NCBI RefSeq assembly: GCF_964355755.1
Contig: NC_092677.1
Location: 13,662,101-13,726,100, forward strand
DNA length: 64,000 nt
DNA from: Antedon mediterranea
Lineage: Eukaryota; Animalia; Echinodermata
Direction: 5' to 3'
The notes beneath the pieces are model-generated. The model was given only the letters and a program-made list of their open reading frames with translations. It was not told where the DNA came from and ran no database searches. Positions 23,385 to 37,639 of this stretch are shown in pieces. Within the stretch, counting starts at the first letter, position 1, and every line of letters starts with the position of its first letter. The position numbers were made by a program, and so were the translations under genes.

Positions 23385-24082
23385 TCTAGCAAGTCCATAG
23401 AATATATGACCCAAAAGTCACTTTATTTCTGGCAAAGTTCAAGGAACATATGAACTCAAGGGGTCACTTGATTAGTTGATGGAATACAGTATATAACCTC
23501 AAGGTCACTTGTTTTCGGTCAGTTCCAGAAATTCCATGTCCGGCCTTAAATTTTTGCTATTTAGCAATAAGTTCATTAAATGAGGGGTCAACTGATTTCT
23601 TCTATTATCCCTTTAGTTCAAAGGACATGACCTTATGGGTCAATTGATTTCTGCAACAATTCACAAGTTCCGAGGAATATATGACCTCAACAAGGGTCAC
23701 TTGAATCCTGCCATGTTAGTCCCAGCAAGTCCATAGAAAATTATGACCATAAGGGTCACTTGATTTCTGCCAAAGTTCAAGGAACATATGACCTCAAGGG
23801 TAACCTGATTTCAGGCATTAGTTCCAGCAAGTTCTAGGAATATATGGCCTCAAGGGTCACTTTATTTCAGGCATTAGTCCCAGCAAGTCCATATAATACT
23901 GTGACCTCAAGGGTCACTTCATTTCTGTCAAAAGTTTAATGAACATATGAACTCAAAGGGTAATATGATTTCTGCCATCAGCCCAACAAGTTGATGGAAT
24001 ACAGTACATGACCTCAAGGTCAGTTGATTTCTGCAAGTCCATGGAATATAAGACCTCAATGGATCACCCTATTTCTGCCATG
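23385..24082. repeat. Degenerate tandem repeat, ~45-60 bp unit, about 12 copies
   Basis: Recurring ATGACCTCAAGGGTCACTTGATTTC...AGTCCCAGCAAGTCCAT core. Confidence 0.8.
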
Positions 24083-26642
24083 AGATGATTTGTATACTCT
24101 AAAAAAGGACTAATTAACGCATGTGAGTATTGGAGGAAATACATTAAAAACATTACATTTGAGTCTTTATTTATATACTCTTTTTCAATTCATGGCATTT
24201 GATTGGTTAATAGTGTAGCTATGGTATAGCAAACTACACAACCCCTAAACTGCGCATGTCCGTGTTTCTCCTCAATAAACATTGAATCTATACACGTGCG
24301 ACGATGTGTAGGCCGCCTACGATTATTGGTTATGATTATTGGTTATGATTTTAGCCAGTTTACCTTGCAGAAGTATAGCTGACTTATCATCGGCCAGTTA
24401 AAATATGAAAAACAAATAAAGTATTTTTGCGAATATTGATGGCATAGCTGGAACTGACAAATTATCAAATGCAGGCCTTGATGATGAAAAACAATGAACT
24501 GGATCTGTGGTTAGGCCTACTGTACTCCAACCAAAGTCAATGTTATGCATTCGTTTCGGCCTACTGTACCTGCAACCAAATTGTGTGGTACAGTATATAA
24601 AACAAATATTGACATGACTGGGCTATCGGGGCATGATTAAAAATATAGCTCTCTGTGATCTGGAGACAATACTATGCCCCCCTTGGGCTGTCATTATATA
24701 CTGTACTGTGTTACTTTAATACTCAGTGTACAATAAAAGTATGCACACCACAAACAAAACTACTCTACACAGGTCTTTCAAAGTCAGCATATTACAGTAT
24801 ACACTTCAAGGTATTATGTCATTTTGTAATTCCCAAAATCAAGAAATGTATTTATAGAACAGAAAGAACTACAGTACAGTATTATTAACATGAATTAAAC
24901 GAGGAAGTATTTTAACTACATAGGAAGGAAGCCATTGAATGAAATAAACTTAAAAGGATTTATTAAATTCAATAAAAATACATACAAGACTATTGCATAC
25001 AAACACATGTTAGACATCTGCTCTTTTTTTTTATTAGAATTATTTTGATTTGTAGTATTCGCTTTTCTACATTTTTATTAATTTTATAAGAATAAATAAT
25101 TAGTAATAGTTTCAGTAATTATCCATTAGACCAACCAGTGAATTCATGATTGTGATAGAATATGGCCAAGAAATCTGTCTAAATAGTAAAAATCATCCAA
25201 AAAAATGTGCCATTCCGGGCTAAAGGAAAATGTGGCCAACCAGCTTGAAAGGCTTTGATAATGCAGTTTAGGGAGGAGTAACAAATTTCATATTAGTGCT
25301 ACAGTATAAAAGATAGAAGTATAATATTTAACTGCATGACATGCCATAATGACAATGCACTCCTCTGTACATCAGGGGTTTCCCCCTTTTTTTCCCACAC
25401 AGTTTTTAATACTGTTAAGGTTAAATTAACATTCACTTAACTTATTCTTTTTTGTTTTTTCTTTAGAATTGATAGAAATGAACATAAAATCTAAGAAACG
25501 ATGCAAACATTGAGGCTTTCAGCATAATGCGCTATATCAAGTACCAGTTATTATTATTATTAATCAGAGGGTAATCACACACAAACAGAACTTAAAAAAT
25601 AAAAAAAAAAGCCTGCTGTACATCGAAATGGTCTTATTTTGTAATATGGACTTCAAATACAAAATCAATAAACATGTATTTGTTTGTACTGGATACTGTA
25701 CTATACTAAAAAAACACATCCCACATACACTATGATTATTGGATTTGACAGAAATATGCATAATTTATTTGACTGTACAGACTAAAATTCAATTTTAAAT
25801 CTTTAATTTATGAGGATTTCATTACATTATTAGTACTTGCAAAGTGATCCCTACTTTTCATTCCTTACGTCAATGCCAAGTAATATTATTCTGATGGTAC
25901 AGTGAGCTTATACATTTCAATGTTCTTAAAAAATGTTATATAGTACTACTGTAGTATATGAAACCTACTGTAACCGTAAATACTATACATATCTTCGTTG
26001 CTCTTTTCTTGAAATTGTCAAGTAAACTAATAAAATAGTAGGCTTTTTTTCTATAACAGCCGAGTACTGTAAATTATGTACTTTTTACCAGAATACTTTG
26101 GACTATTATAAATTCAAAATCTGAGTCTAAAGTAGCATACTGTACAAATTTAGTTTCATGCAGGGAAGAGTGAAATTGGTATAATGAATGTAGATGAATA
26201 AGTGAGCACGTCTACATTTATTTACTGTAATGCAGTTGGAACAAACATACATGATAACCTGTTTTATTTAGCTACTGTCGCACGCTTTTTTGGGGTAATC
26301 ATGGGTTATTGCAGTGGCTGGCTGCATCATAAACTGTTAGTTATGGTACAACTGTAAATTGTAGTCAATAATTTGGACATGATCCCTAGAAATTAACCGG
26401 TTTTTTTTTGTGTATAGCCTTCTGCATTTCTACAGTACTGTACATAATGCCAGTATGATATTGATACATGCTTATTTACAGAACTACTACTATGATAATA
26501 TGCTTTATTTAAACACGAAAACTTGGCTCAACTAGCAGTTGTTTTTCTGCAAGGCCGTTTTTCTGTAAGCATTACAGGTACTATCTACAGTTACATGACA
26601 GCAGTTATCCCCCGAACAATATTATCATTGAGTAATACTCAC

Positions 26643-26686
26643 CTAAAAAAAAGGGTGATACCCTCTGCTTTCACCCACTGATAAAC
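26643..26686 (-). other. Candidate 5' UTR exon of the hnRNP C-like gene
   Basis: TTTTGTTTTTGCAG acceptor and AG|GTGAGT donor bound a 44-nt exon. Splicing to 22651 places an in-frame TAG 15 nt before the ATG. Confidence 0.5.
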
Positions 26687-28117
26687 CTGCAAAAACAAAA
26701 TGATAATAAGAAAAACTCCACGGAAATGCAGCTTAGGCCAATGCGCCTCAACACATGTTTTAAATTTAAGAACACAAGCCATTGAACTTGGAACAATTGT
26801 GTTGATATTAAAAACGATAGTATGGTAATTTTTTTCTGTACTGTACATGTCATTGATTTTCAGTAATAAAAAGGGGGATTTATTGATAAGGCAGTAGATA
26901 TAGTATAGCTTTATTATGAATTGGAGATAACTCAGACATTTTAAGGTCATTCTAAATTTGATAGAATTAAATTAAAGACTATTGGCTATAGAAGAAGACT
27001 ATTGAAGACTACAGTATTTCATAAACAATATTTTTGTTCTTAAGTGACACAGAAAAGCCCATATCAGAGGTTGAATCTGCCATTTTAAAACTATAGACTA
27101 GCTCAAAAATGTTTGTATACTGTATGCCTATCACATGACAATTATTTAGCCAATTGTACAGTAGCTACTGATAGCCAACAGGCATTCAATCTACTTAGTA
27201 ACGACTGTAAACATAAAACAATTTTTTCTTCTTGAATCTTCAGTATAAAAACCTGCTCTTTAAAATCTGTAATAGGAGTTCATAAAGAGATGGTGTTGTG
27301 TTTTGAGAGAGATAAATTAGGTTTTCTAAAACTAAAAATAAGATATATGGATCTGCGCGTAATGCATGCTGGTACAGTATTTGTAGTGACTGCTTAAAAA
27401 TACTAATGTAAAATAATATACTTGCTCAAATTTTTAACAGTTTAAAGATGCAAACGAAAATTATCGAAAAAGGCCCATTTAGTATCCAATTAAAAAATTA
27501 TGCAGTTTGTGACATTAAATTTGATAGAAAAACATCTTTAAATGATACACTTGATTGGTTAAATGGTACGGTTAAATTGCTGTGTGCCAAATCCAAAAAA
27601 TGACTAGAGGCCCGGCTAGCCTACCACTATGAATTATACTGTAGAGTGTCTTGTAGACAGTAACATGGAAAGGCATAGTACAACCATCAAGGGATTTTTT
27701 GTAAGTAAGGCCTACCTGTATGAAATTACAGGCTATACATATAACACGATGTTCTGTAAAATTTACGCCCAGTATTGCCTGGTAGAGTTTCATTAAATGT
27801 TATTGTGATGTATTTCATTGGGCGTGTTATGCATTTCAATATAAGGAAAGTCTGTATAAATACTGATAGGATTTATTCCGAAACTGAAGACCGCCCCTGT
27901 GATTTTTGTCTGAAAATACAAACTCAAGTAATACACGTATGAAACGCCATATGTGCAAAAATATTTATATTTTTACAAAACTCCGTCTGGAGCCCAGACT
28001 AGGCGTAGGCCTACAGTAATGTAGATTAATCTGACCGGTCAAAGTTACATCGGCCTGGCCCCAGCAGGATTGACAGAATGGAACTGATTTACAAACAATA
28101 CACTTAGCTATCGGGCC

Positions 28118-29029
28118 TGTCACACCAAAATCAGTCCGGGCCAAAATCGGTCCGGCGGACCAGTTTTGGCTGCCAAAATCAGTCCGGGGGACCATTTATG
28201 GCTGCCAAAACGTGTCCGGCCGGACCAATTTTGGCCGCCAAAACTGGTCCGGCCTGGATAAAATCGGTCCGGGCAGTAGGACTGTTTTTGGCCGCCAAAT
28301 ATGGTCCGGTCTTACAAATATATGGTGCGCAAAATGAGTCATAATGTATATATCATTAAAAAAATGCCATGATTAGTCATTATATCGAAAACTACAGGGT
28401 TTTATTTGTTATTTTAATATTATAAATTAAGCCTGTTTTTTTAATTATTATTAGTAGTAACTCATCAATAATTAGTACTAATTGTTAGGCTTTTGTATAC
28501 AATATGTATCTGCCTGTTTTTAATCCATTTTGTTCTTTTTTAACATCTTCGTTTCCCCATGATGTTAAAAACAATTTAATTTATTAATTATTTATTGTTA
28601 ATCAATCAATATATCAATTCAATACAATTATTATAAAACAATTATCCAATATTGATTAGGCTGAGGAAGGAAAAAGGCCTCAATCATAAATAAAATCTAG
28701 CTGGCAATATCAGCGTCTCATAGTCATACCCGTTCGTGTGAGTGTGTGGCAGGCCGAAATATGAGTGAACACCTAAGTCATGTTTTTAGATAAAATACAT
28801 TTATTTATAGTATTTATCCGACAAGATAACTTACTAATATATATCATGGGATATTTTTCTAGCCATAAACAACTTAAAACAGCATCATAGGCCTAGTAAT
28901 TCAATTAAAATCGACAGAAGAAAAACCCGGACCGATTTTGGCAGTGGCGGACTGCTTTTGGCCACAATTTTAGAGCCAAAACTGGTCCGGCCGGACCGAT
29001 TTTGGCCCCGGACCATATTTATCGTGACA
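28118..29029. mobile_element. Non-autonomous DNA transposon with TGT...ACA ends and 4-bp TSD (Ginger-like)
   Basis: Ends TGTCAC / GTGACA flanked by GGCC (28114-28117, 29030-29033). About 55-bp imperfect TIRs and subterminal CCAAAA-x-GGTCCGG repeats. Confidence 0.75.
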
Positions 29030-30503
29030 GGCCTAATATTAATAAATGTGGTCCGGTCGGACCAGTTTTGGCATTACATTTGTGGCCAAAGGCAGTTGCG
29101 CTTTGTGGACCGATCTTGGTTTGACAGACAATTAAGACTATCGGGACCAACGCCTATCTGTTTACCCCCACCCAGCAGTAGCTTCTTTCTGTCGACGATG
29201 GCAAACCAAGTCATTAAATGTCAAATTTGAGCAGACATTCATCAGATGACATGTTGAGAAACTACAATAAAAATATTCTTTGATTTACACTGATTTTAAT
29301 CTAGTAGAGTTGACATATTCGTATTGTTTAAAATACTGAAATTTTGCATGATTTTAACAACAGCTGGTCGCCCAAGCGGTTGCGAGCCAGGCTAGATTAT
29401 TAAGATGATTAGCCACGAAGAGCTGCAGTCGTCACACGTCAGTGAAGCCAGATATAGCTTGACAAACGGGCCTAGCAAATTTATTTAACACCATCTGTTT
29501 GCACTGTCAGTACATTGACACGACAAAATAAACGTTCAAATATGTTAATTGATATTTTACACATACAAATCTAAAATATATACAATGATTACCAAATAAA
29601 CACCAGGTTCTTCAGAAAAAACAACCTGTCACTTTCCAAAAAGTCCGTCAGTTTTTCACTGGAGGAATAAAGTGAAACGTGTGTGTGTTTTTCAGGTCAC
29701 TTCTAGGTCATGGGAAAAAATAAAAATAAGTTGCCAGGAACTCACACGTAATTTACTCAAATTTCTACCGAACTAGGTAGCAGCAGTGATTCTGCGCTGG
29801 AAAATCATCAATTTTCTCTCAAAAGAGGGAGTTTTTTATTTTAAATAAAAGACTCTCTCCAATTAAGAGGTCTCTAATTAAACCACTGTACAGTGACCTC
29901 TCACACCTACCATTTATCCGTAAGTTGCTCCCTTCAAAAAAGAAAGAAAGATTCAATTTTCGAGGGAAGTTTCCCCTCTAATTAGGCCTAAAGACCACTT
30001 AAAATAAACTTTTAGAATTGTATCTCAGAGTAGATAGCTATTTGAAGAAAAGCCGACAAATATGCTTATTAGTTATATGCAAATTGTTGTATTGGTTAAA
30101 ATAAATGTTATACTGTACTACTAGTTCCAACTTAAAGTGTTTTCAATCTTTTGAAGTAAGATATTTCTCCATCAGATAGAATGGACTCAATCGATTGCCA
30201 TTCTAGTTCACCATAAAAGGCTTCTTGCAACATTATAATGGTATTTTCAAAAGATATTTAGCCATTTGATATTGTATATATTTTAAATTTTTCGAATAGA
30301 CGTGTTGCTTTCACAAACCAATTACTGCATGCATACAGTAGTACGTCATACTTGGTATTCCAATACATTTCCAAGGTATATTATTTTATTCAGTTTGTCT
30401 GATTGCATTTATGTGCCAACGATTAATTAAAAAACTGTATTGTTTCTGATCATTATATCTTTTACGTGCAGAGTGGTGTGCACTTATATTTGTTTTTATA
30501 TGA

Positions 30504-30675
30504 CTAAGGCTATATGTCTACACTATCACAAACTAGGTCGCCAAAAAAAGTGTGATGTGCCCAAATATTGTAGCGCTATGCCCAAATATGGTAGTGATAT
30601 GATATCATCATGTTCATATATGGGCACATCACATTTTGTTGTCACATAAAGTTTGATAGTGTAGACCGGGCTTAA
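30504..30675 (+). mobile_element. ~160-bp palindromic MITE (same family as 19208)
   Basis: TAAGGCT..GTCTACACTATCA ... TGATAGTGTAGAC..GCTTAA with internal TGTGATGTGCCC / GGGCACATCACA arms. Confidence 0.75.
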
Positions 30676-32294
30676 AGGCTTTGGTTTTATCATGAATTTA
30701 TATAGGGCTTTATATTCTTATTTGTGCCCAGTATGTTTAGCTATCTGGTTAGGCTATACGACGTCACCACAAAATCATCACTATTGCAAGCAGGAGCTAA
30801 GAGGACGGTTTATATCATAGCACACTAGCGGCATGAGATATTGTACGTGATCTCAGATTTATATAGGCCTAGTCCTTCAATTTCATTTATCCATGGGTAC
30901 AAAATCAATAGCATCAGGCTACTATTTCAAATTGGTCAGGATTTCGCACAGCCCATTCGGAATCCAATATTCGTACGTTCTAAAGTTCAAGTCAGACACA
31001 TAAAACGACGTCCTCCTCCGTAAATGTCGGTCATGATCATCAGTTCGAAACGTATGGTTGGTTATGGTTTACATTTATTAAAACTTATATCAAATTAATT
31101 GTATCAAATAACATTATCTAGTAATAATCAACGCATCTATGCATGTGTGTGCGTGTCTGGTAAACGTATACAAACAGCCTGTATGTATAAGATAAATATG
31201 AATAATGTAAAGACAATAAATGCATATAGGCCTATACTTAATTATTGCCTGAACAAAATATAATGTAGGTCTAATTAATATTAAAGGATGATTGTCGGTT
31301 ACATAATGGAAGAAGACAATTTATTTTGCTATGTATTATAAAAAGTCTGCAAACAGTTTTTATTAACCAATGTAACCTTACACATCATCTAAGTTATCAT
31401 CACAATAATACTGATGTTACGTTGTATAATGTTGAAGAACTCTAACTACAGTATAGCACCGTTTTACGAACCAGTCTACGAAATGAGCATTGCTCAACTG
31501 TCTAAAAACAACAAGAAGAAGTTATTCGATTATGTACATTAATTGACGTTCTGATTTGTTATACAAATAGTTATTGCATATAATCTAATTTGTGAGATAT
31601 GAACAAAGACATCATTAACCATCCGATTAATCCCACTATCCTAATTTGTACGAATCATTTAACATTCTCTAATTAAAACACGTATTGCACTGTATATGAG
31701 TCACACATTTAATATACAGGCGTTTATTATTGCTTAATACAAATATAATATCAAAGAAAGGCGAATCTGTTTTTGAGCAAATCGAACATGATTAGATTGC
31801 AAATTCTTTAGCAGTAGTAGAATAATATAAACACCACATTAACGCATGCGTATCATATTTCCGCAAATGTTCGTAAACATTTTTCTTTTTGTCGCTCTCT
31901 TATCTGCCATTAAAAAAATTTATGATAAATAAATAAATGATAACAATATTACCACAATAAGTGTATTACCAAAAGGGCGATATTCAATGTTCAACGCCTA
32001 TAAATACTTTTCATGTAATAGGTAGGTAGGAAAATCATGAATTATTTATCATTTATTTATGATAACATGAATGCTTTAAAAAAAATACCACTGTCTCCTT
32101 CTACAACTTACAAATATTACGCAAATTTTCTTGTACCTATTAACATCATCGGATCTATCAATTAAAATCACACCGTGCCTAGTGTAGCCTACAAAAGTCT
32201 ACCATAAATCAAAAACAACAACAAAACAAAACTTTGGCAGTATTTCCTATTACTTAATTATGTTGTCCATTTCTGTTACTAATGAAAAATTGAA

Positions 32295-33125
32295 TTAGTT
32301 GCTAACTGTTGTACGCTTTTCGTACAACTTATCATAAAATGGTTGTGAAATGTTAACATATTCTTGCACTATTTCTGGCAAATCTTCAAATTTTGGAAGT
32401 GGTTTGACAGACCCAGCCACGAATCCACCAGCGCTTAGACTGTTTCCATGAAAACCAATCATTTTATCTATGTTAAGGTAATCGTCGTCAGCATTCCATT
32501 GAACTGGCTGCTCAAGACCCCAGCTTAACATTTGCTCTGAAAACTCCAAACCAACCTCGTCACAGAGTATCTTCAGAATGCCTTTCGGGTTTTCAAGGAG
32601 ATCATCCGTATCCAAAACGAGTGGTTCCTTTCCAGTTTTATCTACAACATAATTGTAGAGCTCATGGAGTTCTTGAAAACCAAGACGAGGAGTAAAATAT
32701 GTTTTAAAAATGTCGACACCCAATTCAGGGTTAAAATTTTTCCAAACACGATACATTGACAGGTACGTCCTGATTGGATGACGTATGAGAAACGTATGTT
32801 GGTAGCCATCGGGTATTAAGTCATAGTTGCCGTTGAGATTAAAAGCAAAATCTTTGGCAAAAATAACTTTCTTACCCTCAAATTTCATTTCCATCTTTTC
32901 TTTAGTCGCTTGAAATGACAGGTCTTTTCTCATTGGTAGTTCAACTGTTAGATACCGCCGAAAGCGTTCGGGTCCGAGAAAAGCCGATGTTGTGAATGGT
33001 TCGTAGATAAGTTCGACATCGGGCACACACTCCATGCTTCGCATTAAGGCGGTTGTGAGAGAACGCGGCTGACTCCAAGCAATGAAGCGTATTTGTTTTA
33101 GCTTATCTCTACTTTCAGAACTCAT
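32295..33125 (-). CDS. Sulfotransferase-like protein (Sulfotransfer_5-type, the N-terminal domain of 'BCAT-like' proteins), 276 aa
   Basis: IAWSQPRSLTTALMRS (PAPS-binding-loop-like), YEPF, IFAKD, HTFLIRHP..TYLS, PLVLDTDDLLENP...LC..VGL.F...MLSW. Acceptor AG lies about 20 nt upstream of the ATG, and a candidate non-coding exon with a TATA-like box lies near 35135-35200. Confidence 0.85.
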   Translation of the reverse strand: MSSESRDKLKQIRFIAWSQPRSLTTALMRSMECVPDVELIYEPFTTSAFLGPERFRRYLTVELPMRKDLSFQATKEKMEMKFEGKKVIFAKDFAFNLNGNYDLIPDGYQHTFLIRHPIRTYLSMYRVWKNFNPELGVDIFKTYFTPRLGFQELHELYNYVVDKTGKEPLVLDTDDLLENPKGILKILCDEVGLEFSEQMLSWGLEQPVQWNADDDYLNIDKMIGFHGNSLSAGGFVAGSVKPLPKFEDLPEIVQEYVNISQPFYDKLYEKRTTVSN

Positions 33126-36100
33126 CTTGCGAGTTTTCAGCTACTCTAAAAAAAAACAATAAAAAAACGATAAAATCACAGTAACTTGTAGGCTAGACTT
33201 GTCTTAAGTCTGTAGTTATTTTATTTGTTATTTAGTCCACAGTCGGCGTTTCGATTTTTGTCTTGAAACTTTTTTTCTTATTCAAGCTCAAGTATTAGGC
33301 CTACACATATGCAACATCTACGTGTCTTTATCCGGTGATACTTTTACCATTATACCAACACAGTACCTCTTCAATTTCATTCGCTCAATCGTGAACCAAA
33401 TAAACTGTAGTTTGGCGATGATGATGTACTGCATTCTTCAACATGCACAGCACGGTGTGCTATCTACATTCCCAGTTTGAACACACGGATAGCGAATGGG
33501 ATTCGAACCGTGGACAAAAAGAAACCGTATACGGTTCAGCGTACAAAACAGTGACTACCACAAAATGAGTGATAGATGTGTTAGTGCGCAATCAATAATA
33601 ATCAATTTACAGTTTAATCATCATTATTAGTTTATCCAGAGAGTTGTATTTAAGAGTTAAACGAATTAAGAGTAGCACACATTATCGTAGCAGTCAAAAG
33701 GAGATTAAACTAAACCCTTGAAATGGTCTCTCATTGGCAGTAGTAAAACTTGGCTTTAACACTATTTTTGAATTGATAATATTTCAATTATTAATTCCAA
33801 TAAAATATTCCTCTTGTATTTATGTAGGCCTAAGCTGTGGAAACCCAGTGGTGCAATAAGGCTGTCTCAGAGCGGAAAGTGATAAGTGATGGAAAACATT
33901 TTGTTCACTTCATGGTTTTAGAAGTGAACATTTCCACACTACATATATCCATTACTTAAATATTGTATTATTTTAGTATCATGTAATATTATAATAATGC
34001 GTGCCCACGAAATCCCTCGGGTATCGTTCATGCAATAATTATGCAATCAACATAAATTCGACGGTTGTTCCGCTTGATACAACACAGAAAAAACAAAATG
34101 ACAGAGAATCGCAAGCCTATAATATATTAACATAATATATTCGTAAAGAGCGCATATAGATTTGACAAAAAAATCAAAGTGGGAAGGTTTTCATTTTAAA
34201 AACATTATAGCTGACATTTTTTCACAGGATGTTTTCCAGTTATATCTCCATGAGAAGCATACTGATGCCTACATGTAATTTCTATTTTAAGGAAATTAAA
34301 ATGTATAGTCTTTTTATAATACCTGATACGGCGTATGTTTGTTATCATTAAGTAAAATTATATTATGTCCAGCTAGACGATCGGTGCCTCAATAGGCCTA
34401 CTATTAATGTAAACCATGTAATGGAGTTCCCTCGTAGTAGGCCTAATGCAATCTCTCATAATAAAGTATAAGTGTACCACAGTAAGCGGATCACGCTGTG
34501 AATAACACTTAATAATAATGATATATTATAATCCATTCTGAATTCACCACACCATCTGAATGATTCTGACATTGACAAACAACATTTTATATTTTATTGT
34601 TAATGATAATGTGCTGTAGAAAATGTATGTATAACAAGAGAAAATGTGAAGATGTAAACAAATGAACAAAAAGGGTATGTAAACAGATGATGAAAACAAA
34701 CACTGTTAATATAATAATATGTATAGTGTATTGAAATGAAAATGTGATTAGTAAAGTATGGAAATAAAAGTGCGATGAACCCACATAAAGATAAAAAAAC
34801 AACATTTTATATTGATAATAATTAATATTTAAACATGAAATATTACTAGACGCCGGTCTAATTTTTAACATTCTGTGAAGGTATAGGCCTACGTACGGAG
34901 CATTTAAACTTCCTCAAATTCAAACAACGCTTTTAAATGATCTTTCTGTAAAAACAATAATGACCCAGAATCTCCCACATGGAGGGCTCACGGTTTGTAT
35001 TCATACGAGTGTATCATATATTATGATAGGCATCATTAACATACCACTCCAAATATTATATCTGACAGAATTGTACACTGGTTGGTCACACGTTTACAAC
35101 ATTCAATATTAACAAAATAAAAACATACAATACCTACCCCTTTTCTTTCAGAGAGTTACAAAGAAGCTGTGTTTTGTGTGAATCTGTGTTCAAATTATAA
35201 GGAATCTGCTTATCGTATTGGCGATGAACAGAAAGATTGATCATTCATTCACAGTTTAAAGATCTACCCACTGGACTGTACCATTAAACAGCAGGTATAG
35301 TTCAGTAAACAACTGATAATGTGAATGCCCGCTATTATTATTAATAAAAACTTATTTATAATTAAACATTTGCTTATAAAACTTAAACTAAATTAGCATG
35401 AAATACTGAAAACTAAATGTACATATACATAGCTAATTAAAATGTAAACGTCACTAATACTTACAGTAAATTGTTACGCCCAAACTCACCACGTCACACT
35501 AACTAAGGTCAAGTTCATATTGGTAGCCAAATATGGAAGGCCAACATAGTCAAATCGTATAGAATGTGACAGTTCGTTTCGGAAGCCTCTATCTCATAGG
35601 TAAACCGTAATGTTTCATATGATAATGGAGGTATAAAATGTATACCTCCGTGCTGATAAGTTATGTATGGCACGCCACATACTGGTATATATCTAGCATA
35701 TTATACCACTGTGGAGAGTAGGACATAGGCCTACTGTAGGATATAATACAGAACGGTAGCATACGGTTTCAATAAAGACAAAATGTAGGCCTTTGGATTT
35801 GTTGTGCTTATAAAAAAAATCCAGTAACGTTTTGGTTTTTTTAAACTATTTTCACTAAAACATTTAAACAATACAAAAATAATAAGGCTTCTAGTGGTTT
35901 TTTTCTTTTTTTTTTCTTCTGATATTGATATATTTAAAAATAGTAAAACCATTTACCAATTTATGAGAACGTAAATATTGGGTTTACTCAATAAGTAGAC
36001 AGTATAATACGGGTCTTTCGGTTTATCTAAATACTACAAATTGTCGTTAGGCCTATGTGTCGCTCGATTGTGTTTCTTTATAGAGTGACAATTGTTTGTT

Positions 36101-37639
36101 TAGTTGCGACCTTTTCAGTTTACATGCTCCTTCTCGTAAAACTGGAGTCAAGTCCACTTTTTATGTTCCGTTTACTAGAGTAAATGTCTGGAAAAGAGGG
36201 TTTCAGACACGCTTGCCTTCATTAAATAACTATGAGTGAGTCAAATGTAAATGTTGATATTTTTTTCAATAGTTATTCTTCAATCAAGACTCATTGTATT
36301 CTTTTTTTTAAATAATTGTGCTTAATATGCTAATTTTTACTATTTTCATGTGTACACCCATTATAAACCATAACTTACCAGAAAACACACAATTTAACAA
36401 CAATAAACAACAAAGAACACCGAGATACTGACTAAACTTTGTATTTTTAATACTTACGAGTGAGCCCTCTATAGTTTTGAAGGGCTCAAACTTTTTTGGA
36501 ATTACAGTAGGCCTAATGAATACATTGTATCTAGAAGGTACATTGAGAAATAGTATAAATTAAATTAGAACATATTAAATTGTTACGTCACTACTGACTC
36601 GTTCGGTTAACCATATTATGTACCGCTGCTATTGAAAAGGAAAATATTGGCGTACAAAAGGTGGGATAAATTAGTATATTATATTTTTAAGAAAGTTCAA
36701 AGGTTATTAAAAAAAAAACCTAGGTAGACAGCGGGAAAATCTAACATACGGGCTCTCCAGACCATCTCAGACTACTTAGACAGCACGAGAGGCGAACTGA
36801 TGCATTAGGTAAGTTGAGATGTTTTGTTTCAAAAATATACGCAAATCAAACGTAAATATTGCATCAGCTGTACTGAAGAACAACCTGTATTATCCAAGAA
36901 TAATAGCTAATAATTTATTTCACTGAAACACTAAGTACGATCCGAAATAAAGTTTTAGTTTGATGTGGTTCCCGAAGCCATGCCGTTGGCACCATCCGGG
37001 CGCGGGGCTTACGGTTCGAGAAGAACTCAACACACTGAACTTGTGTGTTCAGAACAAATTACAAAGAAAATTAAATAAAATAATTACACAATTATTCAGT
37101 ATTCGGTGATATATTATCCCGAATATCAATTGATTTACACATTGTTTGCATTCATTTATAATCCAATTCCAACTTCAGATCGTTCCAATTTTGTTAGTTA
37201 AAAATAGGGTTTCAGATAGTTTTTAAAGTAAGTAAACCACTACGACACACACGCCGCCATGTTTCCAGATTTTGTTTTCGCTAATGTTTATTTTACGTAC
37301 CCTATTTGTGTTTTGTATAGACATACGGTTGTTAAAACTTTGAATAAAATAATTAATAAATATCAATTAAATGTATTTTATTACGTATAATTTGTATTGA
37401 TAAGTTATTCAGGTAGGTATGAATTATTTTGTTATGTTGAAAGCCACTCACCAACTAAAGCACGAGGCGAGCGTACATCTACGTCACACGGTCACATGGT
37501 TGTTGGTGACAGTGGGTAGTTTTTAATGTGACTGCTCAGAACTTTAGAGTATCAAGGACAAACATATTTGTTAATTAAACGCAGGGAATTATTTCTTTTG
37601 TTCATCTTCATTATCTTTAATGAAAATATAACTTCATAA

